Source: Deltaproteobacteria bacterium (GTDB lineage Bacteria; Desulfobacterota; Dissulfuribacteria; Dissulfuribacterales; UBA3076). From it: 39,874 nt of DNA. This document shows, piece by piece, positions 24,718 through 31,757 of the stretch; position 1 is the first letter of the stretch; every line of letters begins with the position of its first letter. A model generated the notes under the pieces. It did not search any database, had not been told where the DNA came from, and saw nothing but the letters and a program-made list of their open reading frames with translations. The stretch is from assembly GCA_021159445.1 (NCBI GenBank), contig JAGGRV010000431.1, forward strand, positions 1 to 39,874, written 5' to 3'. The position numbers and the translations under genes are program-made.

Positions 24718-25884
24718 TCAATGTTTCCTCCTGTTTTTTTGAGTCAGAATTCTGAAAGTGCCATGGAGGCAGGCCGCGCCTAAACCACCGGCTATGATCA
24801 GCAGGCCCAAAATGCTGAGAATATCGTTTCTGGTGGAGCCCACCATGTAGAAGTCAGCAGTAGCAAAAAGAGGGTCAAGCACTGCCCCCTCTTCAACAGC
24901 GACCCTGCTGTATGTGCCATCTTGATTAGGGAAGGCTACGTAACATGTCTGCATGGCTTTGGGCCCGGCAGCGTGACAGAAAGAACAATCCCGGCGGTCT
25001 TCAAATATTCCATAACTGTGACTTGCTGTCTTTGTTGACAGCATCCCCCAGAGCCCTACACTCTTATATTTTGAGTTCATATTAAACTCTTTGAGTTCCG
25101 CCGTTGTAATGGAGCCGTCACCATTGGTATCTATGAGAGATTGAACTCCCTTGTCTCCGACTAATTGCGTGAGATCCTGGTAAGTTGCGAGGTCAATCTC
25201 ACCTTCTTTATCTGGTTTGATATCCTCTCTTTTCTCAATATACATGGTGATGACGATGCCTTTTGAATCGGTATGGCAGCTTATGCACGTAGTTGCCTGC
25301 ATGTGGAGCTTGTTCCGGAGGAGCCATTCAGAGTGGCCGGCACCTTCGTGACAATTAATACACTGTTTATTTTTTTCAAAACCTGAGGTCTCCAGGTAGC
25401 TTATTGCTGTATGGGGGCTGTGACAATCCGAGCAAACCGCATTTCCTGCATGGGGACTATTTAAATACTCTTCAACGGCCTCTTCATGGCACATACCACA
25501 ACTTTCACCAGGAGACTTGAGACCTTTGGCCGCATGGGGGTCGTGACAATCTGTGCATTCCGCATTTCCCGCATGAAGGCCCTTTGATAACTCATCAATA
25601 GTATCTTCATGGCACATGTCACAGCTTTCTTTTTCGGGCATGACACCGTCGTCCGGGTGATCATCGGTTACGTAATGGCAGGACACGCAACCATCTTCTG
25701 CGTGTTTTGTGCCGGCGAACTGGGTACCATCGATATATAAATATTCACCAACAATGGATGAATCGCCATGGCATTCCAGACAGTCATCGGTTTCCATGGC
25801 ACTCGACGAGCTGATGCCAATGCCAGCCACCAACATCATGAAACCGAAAATACAGATTATGAGAAACTTTGCTTTGAGCACCAT
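24718..25884 (-). CDS. Membrane-anchored nonahaem c-type cytochrome
   Basis: Nine CXXCH motifs were counted: CLECH, CVSCH, CDMCH, CTDCH, CGMCH, CSDCH, CINCH, CISCH and CSFCH. An N-terminal signal and a C-terminal TM (ILSILGLLIIAGGLGAACL) are present. ATG 25884 is preferred to the ORF-track GTG 25902. Confidence 0.88.
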   Translation of the reverse strand: MVLKAKFLIICIFGFMMLVAGIGISSSSAMETDDCLECHGDSSIVGEYLYIDGTQFAGTKHAEDGCVSCHYVTDDHPDDGVMPEKESCDMCHEDTIDELSKGLHAGNAECTDCHDPHAAKGLKSPGESCGMCHEEAVEEYLNSPHAGNAVCSDCHSPHTAISYLETSGFEKNKQCINCHEGAGHSEWLLRNKLHMQATTCISCHTDSKGIVITMYIEKREDIKPDKEGEIDLATYQDLTQLVGDKGVQSLIDTNGDGSITTAELKEFNMNSKYKSVGLWGMLSTKTASHSYGIFEDRRDCSFCHAAGPKAMQTCYVAFPNQDGTYSRVAVEEGAVLDPLFATADFYMVGSTRNDILSILGLLIIAGGLGAACLHGTFRILTQKNRRKH

Positions 25885-25951
25885 CCTTCCTCTCTTCCTC
25901 ACCTATAGAACTTAGAAGTTCATGTGCGAGCATACTCCAATGTCCCTTGCT

Positions 25952-26110
25952 AAGGAACGTACAATAAATAACTTGAACAAATTAACGTCTTTTTTGCCGT
26001 CTTCTTCGTTGCTCGTCGATCACATAACCCGTTATGCTCGCTCCTCGCGCCTTGAATACAACAAAAAATCCTGTTAATTTTTGTTCAACTTATTTATCTC
26101 CCGTTCCTAA
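25952..26110. repeat. R2 palindromic element, copy a (159 nt, about 45-nt imperfect terminal inverted arms)
   Basis: The arm aggaacgtacaataaataacttgaacaaattaac faces gttaatttttgttcaacttatttatctcccgttcct. Positions 26009-26110 equal the reverse complement of 39774-39874 with 1 mismatch. Confidence 0.85.
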
Positions 26111-26698
26111 AACAAAACTTTCGCACAGGACTTGCAGTAGCTATGCACCCACGATAAGGGCGCAGATCCCAAAAAAAAGTTTAGATATAGACACCGCTTT
26201 TGTCGTTTCCGATATTATAGATCACCGGAGCTAAAAAAGCGGTAGTTAAAAGAAAAACCAATGCAAGAATTATTTTTTTGTGTTCTTTTAATGGCACGCC
26301 CCTCCTTCCTGTTTTGTTATTTATTTTAAAATGATTTCTATTACACCTATGTGAAATTGTAATATTGTTATTTTAAAATTACTTTGTAACCTGCCTGGAA
26401 GAAATTGGCAATATCAGTCTGACCACCCAGGCAAATCTTTTTTGTTTTTTTATAGAGCGTGAGATCAAATCATAAGTGAGATTCCGCATAATCTCAATCG
26501 ATTCTGTCTTATGTCTAGAGCATATTCCTGTGCTTGACAAGCCCAAATGGCCCTGCTACTACAAAAACAGGTGTTAGTATTATATATAGATAGCGGCCGC
26601 TGAATAATATTGCTATGGTTTTTTCTGGAAAACGCATGACTATCAACGGCTTCGCATGAGGTTCCTTTGATTAAAGAGGCCATTAAGGTTGGGGTACA

Positions 26699-27175
26699 AT
26701 GAGATACTTCCTTACCATTGTCACAGCAATAATAACGATCATTATCTTTTTTAATCCGGAAGAGGTTAAAGGTGGAAATAACACTGAAACACAAAAATAT
26801 GTCGGTTCAGAAGCCTGCGAGGCCTGTCACCAAAAAGAATATAGTAGTTTCATCAAATATGCAAAGAAGAGCATTTCGTTCGAGAGCATTCAAAGGGTAA
26901 AAAAGGGCCTTGCCGAGGAAGAAATCCATAAGTGCTATTTTTGCCATACAACAGGATATGGTAAACCGGGCGGCTTTGTCAGTCCTGAGGAGACCCCTCA
27001 CTTGAAGAACGCAGGCTGTGAAGTATGCCATGGCCCGGGTGAACTACATGTCAGGACGCAGCGCGTTCAGGATATCAAGATGAATCTCACAATGAAAGAT
27101 TGTGAGGAGTGTCATATTTCAGAGAGGGTCAAGGCCTTCAGGTACAAGCCCTTGATTCACGGAGGCGCGCATTAG
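26699..27175 (+). CDS. Periplasmic tetrahaem c-type cytochrome, paralogue of 22666-23106
   Basis: Four CXXCH motifs are present (CEACH, CYFCH, CEVCH, CEECH). It shares CHTTGYGKPGGF and CEVCHGPGELH blocks with the other tetrahaem protein. Confidence 0.88.
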   Translation: MRYFLTIVTAIITIIIFFNPEEVKGGNNTETQKYVGSEACEACHQKEYSSFIKYAKKSISFESIQRVKKGLAEEEIHKCYFCHTTGYGKPGGFVSPEETPHLKNAGCEVCHGPGELHVRTQRVQDIKMNLTMKDCEECHISERVKAFRYKPLIHGGAH

Positions 27176-27182
27176 CGGCTCC

Positions 27183-27342
27183 GTAAGCGTTCACAGGGCA
27201 CCGCATCTGCTTTGTTGTCGGGCACTTGAAGTACAGGGAGTACGTCTGCGTACCCTCCGCCTCGCATCTGCAGCACCCTGTAAACGCTTACAGTTCTGTG
27301 GGTTGCGATAAAGCGGGGCGTTGTAATCCCGTGAACGGTTAC
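27183..27342. repeat. Three copies of a GT(A/G)A-N4-T(T/C)AC near-palindrome in the cytochrome-kinase intergenic region
   Basis: The copies are GTAAGCGTTCAC (27183-27194), GTAAACGCTTAC (27280-27291) and GTGAACGGTTAC (27331-27342). Extended 16-nt segments pair 15/16 (27183-27198 with 27276-27291). Confidence 0.5.
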
Positions 27343-27377
27343 GCGGCTCCAATGGGTGCCGCATTGTTGAGGACAGG

Positions 27378-30071
27378 ATGTTTGGTTTTATAAGAAAGAG
27401 TTTTGCAAACAAGATAATGGCTACTGTAATAATCAGTATAGCCCTGGTTATGGCGGCTGAAATTGTCTTGAGAATATACTTCGGGACCAAAGACAGGATG
27501 GAGTTGGTAAGAACTCTTAATTTAGACGTGTCCGGATCGATCCATTCCGGCATAACATATCCAATGCATGTTGGAGATAATAAGGCTATCGAGGGAGTCT
27601 TGTCTGATGTCCGTAAAAGGATGGGAAACATCGAGGCATGGATATGCGATTTTGATCAAGTGATAACCTGGTCCACACACGAGGAAAGGGTAAAGACCAG
27701 GGTTGCAGATTCCATTCATGATAAGGAGGCATTGAAGGCCTTAAGCAAGACGTTGAGCTCAGGAGTAACACAAGAAAAAGCATTTTTAGAAGAACTTGCT
27801 GGAAGAAAGGTCCTTATTACCATCCAGCCCATTCTGAATCAAGAAGACTGCTATCACTGCCATGGCTCTTCAAGGAAAGTTCTCGGTGGCTTGATAATAG
27901 GAACTGACGTGAAGCATGCTTACATGACGGTCGTTGCTGCCAGGAACAGGACTATAGTGATGAGTTTTATTGGAATATCGATTATCATTGCCTTAATTTA
28001 TGTGATGGTGACCAGATTCATCAGGCGTCCTGTGGAGGATTTGGCTGACAAGGCAAAGAGGTTTGCAGAAGGCGATACGTCTGTTTCGGTAGACATAAAG
28101 TCAGAGGATGAAATAGGCGTATTAGGCAACGCATTTAACTATATGGTTCAAAGGGCATCTCAATTCAGCAAAAGACTTGAAAGTGAGGTCGCCAGAAAAA
28201 CCGACCTGTTAGGCGAAAGGACCAATCTTATAGCACTATTGGAAAAAGCAAATACACAACTCAGGGAGCTTGACAAACTAAAATCTACGTTCTTGGCGAA
28301 TATGTCTCATGAGCTAAGGACACCGATGAATTCTATTATCGGATATTCAGATTTGCTAATAGACGGGGTTGACGGACCAATTAACGAGGAACAGGAAAAG
28401 AGTCTGGGCAGAATTTCCAATAATGCCAGGCACCTCTTGCAATTGTTAAATGATCTTCTCGATCTCTCCAAGATAGAAGCAGGGAAAACTGAGATAGAAG
28501 CAGAACAATTCAACCTCAAAGGGCTCATTGATTCAGTAATTCCCGTGTTTGAGGGAATGATAACCCAAAAGGGTCTTTCCCTTGATTTTGATATCGATGA
28601 GAATCTGCCTTTAGTCTATGGCGATAAGAATAAAATCAAGCATGTTTTAATGAACCTGCTGTCCAATGCGATCAAGTTTACCGATGAGGGAGGCATAACC
28701 ATCCGTGCCAGGACATCCGGTCGCGGTATTCAACCTGGCGAGTCTCCCATATTTGCAGAGGTCTGTGTAGAGGATACAGGCATCGGGATAAAGGATGAGG
28801 ACCTCGGTAAGATTTTTGACAAGTTCGTGCAGGCTGACCTTTCTACCGTCCGCCAATATGACGGGACCGGCCTGGGTCTCAGTATTGCGAGAGGGTTGAT
28901 TGCATTGCACAATGGTATGATCTGGGCCACGAGCAAGTATGGCAAGGGAAGTCAATTCTATTTCACTATTCCGCTCAAACAAGAGACACTTGAATCTTCA
29001 GCTAAGCCGGTCATAGAATTACGAGTGGCTGACGACCTGGCTGAGCACTTCGGGGTGCCTGTTGAGACCTTTCTGAAAGACCCCGAATATGAAGGCAACC
29101 CGGTAAGGTGTCACGACTACATCCATTGTGGACAGCCAAGCTGTCCGGCCTATGACAGTGAAGATAAACGTTGCTGGCTCATTCTTGGGACACATTGCTC
29201 AGGACTGAAAGTCGGTGCCTATCCGGAAAAGGTTAATTTTTGCAAGAATTGTGAGGTTATACAGAAACTGGTGCTTGAGTCACAGAAGTCAAAAATCGTT
29301 GGGTCAGAGCTATCGACCGAAGAAGGCATTACGAAAAAGACGGTCTTGGCAATAGATGACAATCCGGATGCCATTGATATTATCAGGAAATCTCTGGGAG
29401 AGGACTACAAAATAGTAGGTCTTCTCAGTGGGAAAAGGGCAGTTGAAAAGGCCATAGAGACCAGACCTGTAGCCATTACTCTGGATATAATGATGCCGAA
29501 AAAGGATGGATGGCAAGTACTGCGGGAGCTGAAGAGTACGCCAGAGACCCGGGATATCCCGGTAATTGTCCTTTCAATTGTGGATAATAAAAAACTGGGA
29601 TTCAGTCTGGGTGCTGCGGAATATATGGTAAAGCCGCTAGATAAGAATTTTCTGCTCAGAAAAATAAGAGATCTGGAAAAAACGGGTAAGATACAACGGG
29701 CACTTGTAGTAGATAGTGATACAGATACAGTATCGCTGATCGAACATGCCCTGCAAGACGTTGGGTGTGAGGTAAAGACAGCTTACAATAGCCAGGATGC
29801 AGTTAAGTTGATAAAGAGTTTCATGCCCCATCTGATCATCCTCAATCTGACAATGCCCAAGGTAAATGGTTTTGATGTAATCGAGTATATAAAAACAGAA
29901 AAAAGTGCCAAGAAGATCCCTCTTATTCTTATTACTAAGAGGGAGTTGAGTGAGAAAGAGAAAGACGCTCTAAACGGTAGGTTACGTGGTATATTAAACA
30001 AGATGGTACTTAAAGAAGAAGATCTCTCACAAGAACTCAAAGATAGAATTGATGAGATAAAGAGTGCCTGA
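27378..30071 (+). CDS. Hybrid sensor histidine kinase: periplasmic CXXCH domain, HAMP, HisKA, HATPase, 7-Cys module and two receiver domains
   Basis: 897-aa ORF. CYHCH lies at aa 158-162 between two TM helices. The HAMP is intact (RRPVEDLADKAKRFAEGD..DEIGVLGNAFNYM) and the H-box is MSHELRTPMNSI. ATPase boxes are NAIKFT, DTGIGI and GTGLGLSIA. The Cys-rich block spans aa 578-625. The two REC domains contain LAIDDNPD..LDIMMPKKDG and LVVDSDTD..LNLTMPKVNG. Confidence 0.9.
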   Translation: MFGFIRKSFANKIMATVIISIALVMAAEIVLRIYFGTKDRMELVRTLNLDVSGSIHSGITYPMHVGDNKAIEGVLSDVRKRMGNIEAWICDFDQVITWSTHEERVKTRVADSIHDKEALKALSKTLSSGVTQEKAFLEELAGRKVLITIQPILNQEDCYHCHGSSRKVLGGLIIGTDVKHAYMTVVAARNRTIVMSFIGISIIIALIYVMVTRFIRRPVEDLADKAKRFAEGDTSVSVDIKSEDEIGVLGNAFNYMVQRASQFSKRLESEVARKTDLLGERTNLIALLEKANTQLRELDKLKSTFLANMSHELRTPMNSIIGYSDLLIDGVDGPINEEQEKSLGRISNNARHLLQLLNDLLDLSKIEAGKTEIEAEQFNLKGLIDSVIPVFEGMITQKGLSLDFDIDENLPLVYGDKNKIKHVLMNLLSNAIKFTDEGGITIRARTSGRGIQPGESPIFAEVCVEDTGIGIKDEDLGKIFDKFVQADLSTVRQYDGTGLGLSIARGLIALHNGMIWATSKYGKGSQFYFTIPLKQETLESSAKPVIELRVADDLAEHFGVPVETFLKDPEYEGNPVRCHDYIHCGQPSCPAYDSEDKRCWLILGTHCSGLKVGAYPEKVNFCKNCEVIQKLVLESQKSKIVGSELSTEEGITKKTVLAIDDNPDAIDIIRKSLGEDYKIVGLLSGKRAVEKAIETRPVAITLDIMMPKKDGWQVLRELKSTPETRDIPVIVLSIVDNKKLGFSLGAAEYMVKPLDKNFLLRKIRDLEKTGKIQRALVVDSDTDTVSLIEHALQDVGCEVKTAYNSQDAVKLIKSFMPHLIILNLTMPKVNGFDVIEYIKTEKSAKKIPLILITKRELSEKEKDALNGRLRGILNKMVLKEEDLSQELKDRIDEIKSA

Positions 30072-30085
30072 CAAACGGAGATGAC

Positions 30086-30481
30086 ATGAAAGAAACAGGG
30101 AAGGTTTCCGGGAAAAAATTGCTGATAATTGATGACAACCAGGATAGCCGGGAGCTGGTAATTAAGATTTTAAGAAACCGGGATTATCAGATAATTGAAG
30201 CCGTTGATGGAGAAGATGGCCTGGAAAAGGCGAATGCTGAACAGCCGGATATTATTCTTTTGGATATCTCACTTCCGAAAATGGGGGGTTATGATGTCGC
30301 GAAAAACCTGAGGCTTCGAGAGGAGTTTAAGCATACCACGATAATTGCACTGACCGCACATGCAATGAAAGGAGATGAGGAAAAGGCTTTGCAGGCTGGA
30401 TTCAGTGGATATATTTCAAAACCGATAAATGTCCGCGAGCTGCCGGGGCAGATAGAGAAATATGTGGAAGGGGGAAGGTAG
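30086..30481 (+). CDS. Single-domain response regulator
   Basis: 131-aa ORF with LLIIDDNQD, ILLDISLPKMGG, LTAHAMKGD and SKP. Confidence 0.88.
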   Translation: MKETGKVSGKKLLIIDDNQDSRELVIKILRNRDYQIIEAVDGEDGLEKANAEQPDIILLDISLPKMGGYDVAKNLRLREEFKHTTIIALTAHAMKGDEEKALQAGFSGYISKPINVRELPGQIEKYVEGGR

Positions 30482-30533
30482 ACTGTGGAAGGTAGATTAG
30501 AGTGTATATAATAGGAGAAACGGAGATTTTTGC

Positions 30534-31607
30534 GTGGACAAAACCAAGATCCTGATTGTAGAGGATAATATCGATACAGTAGACCTATTGAGGAAGAGGC
30601 TCCGCGCTGATGGATACGATACCGCTGAGGCATACGACGGCGAAGAAGGCCTTGAAAAATTCGCTGAATACGAGCCGGATCTGGTTGTGCTGGACATTAT
30701 GATGCCTAAAATGGATGGGTTTGAGGTATGCAAGAGACTCAAGGAAGATGAAAGCACCCGCTACATACCAGTCATTATCCTAACTGCCAAGGGCGACGTT
30801 GACAGCACTGTCAAGGGTCTCGATATCGGCGGGGATGATTATCTGGCTAAACCCTTTGATTATAAAGAGCTTGTTGCAAGAATACGGTCATTGCTCAGCA
30901 TTAAAGAAGAGCGCAAGAAGTTGATGGAGGCGGAGAAGACAGAAGCATTAGAAAAAATGATGGATCAAGTGGCGCATGAGATTAGGAACCCTCTTGTTGC
31001 TATAGGAGGGTTTGCGCGAAGGATCTGTGAATCCCTTTCTGAGAATGATCCAAACAGAAAATATTTGAAATTAATTGTACAAAATGTTGAGACCCTGGAA
31101 CATATGATAAAAAAGCTCATTGAGCTGAAAACCACTGTAATATCTTATAGAGAGCCGGCGGATATTAATGAGATTATTGCCGAAGCGATCGAAAAATGCA
31201 GACCTGCACTTGAAGAAAATCACATAGATATCAAAACCGAATTAATAAAAAATCTTCCTGATATTTCTGTTGATAGAGAACAGATTAAGGCGGTATTTGC
31301 CAATCTTATTGAAAATGCAATTGAAGCAATGAGAAATGAGACACGCATACTGAAAATTGGCAGCCGTGTCAGCGAGGGATATATTGAAATCAAGGTATCC
31401 GATACAGGGGTCGGTATCCCAAAAGACAAACTCAAGCATGTTCTGGACCCTTTTTTTACCTCAAAGATCCACGCAGGGCTCGGTCTTACCTATGCACTCA
31501 AGATCATTCAGGCCCACAGGGGCACGATCTCAGTGGAAAGCGAACTAGGCAAGGGATCCACCTTTACGATTAGATTACCTGTGAAGAGACACGGCAGCAG
31601 CCATTAA
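30534..31607 (+). CDS. Hybrid REC-histidine kinase
   Basis: 357-aa ORF with a GTG start. The receiver contains ILIVEDN and VVLDIMMPKMDG. The H-box is QVAHEIRNPL and the ATPase boxes are NAIEA, DTGVGI and GLGLTYA. Confidence 0.85.
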   Translation: MDKTKILIVEDNIDTVDLLRKRLRADGYDTAEAYDGEEGLEKFAEYEPDLVVLDIMMPKMDGFEVCKRLKEDESTRYIPVIILTAKGDVDSTVKGLDIGGDDYLAKPFDYKELVARIRSLLSIKEERKKLMEAEKTEALEKMMDQVAHEIRNPLVAIGGFARRICESLSENDPNRKYLKLIVQNVETLEHMIKKLIELKTTVISYREPADINEIIAEAIEKCRPALEENHIDIKTELIKNLPDISVDREQIKAVFANLIENAIEAMRNETRILKIGSRVSEGYIEIKVSDTGVGIPKDKLKHVLDPFFTSKIHAGLGLTYALKIIQAHRGTISVESELGKGSTFTIRLPVKRHGSSH

Positions 31608-31665
31608 GCTCACAAATAAGCCACTTTCCCCCATAGGATGATTACGCTGCAAAAATCCTGAAATT

Positions 31666-31751
31666 TGGTGCCGAAGGGGGGATTCGAACCCCCATGGGTT
31701 TTGCCCACCACCCCCTCAAGATGGCGTGTCTACCTATTCCACCACTTCGGC
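31666..31751 (-). tRNA. tRNA-Leu (anticodon GAG), class II with long variable arm, encoded CCA
   Basis: I folded the reverse complement GCCGAAGTGGTGGAATAGGTAGACACGCCATCTTGAGGGGGTGGTGGGCAAAACCCATGGGGGTTCGAATCCCCCCTTCGGCACCA by hand. The fold has a 7-bp acceptor stem, a 3-bp D stem, anticodon stem CCAUC/GGUGG with loop UUGAGGG, variable arm GGG-CAAAA-CCC, and T arm GGGGG-UUCGAAU-CCCCC. Confidence 0.9.
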
Positions 31752-31757
31752 AAAATA

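Noticed and set aside
26292-26297. TGGCAC hexamer as a third sigma54 promoter
   Set aside because: The required GC (TTGC) element is absent at the -12 spacing; the sequence there is tcct. The orientation also points away from any nearby plus-strand gene start.
26465-26794. 109-aa minus-strand ORF overlapping the start of the second tetrahaem cytochrome gene
   Set aside because: It overlaps a well-supported cytochrome gene antisense and extends into AT-rich non-coding DNA. It has no RBS or motif.
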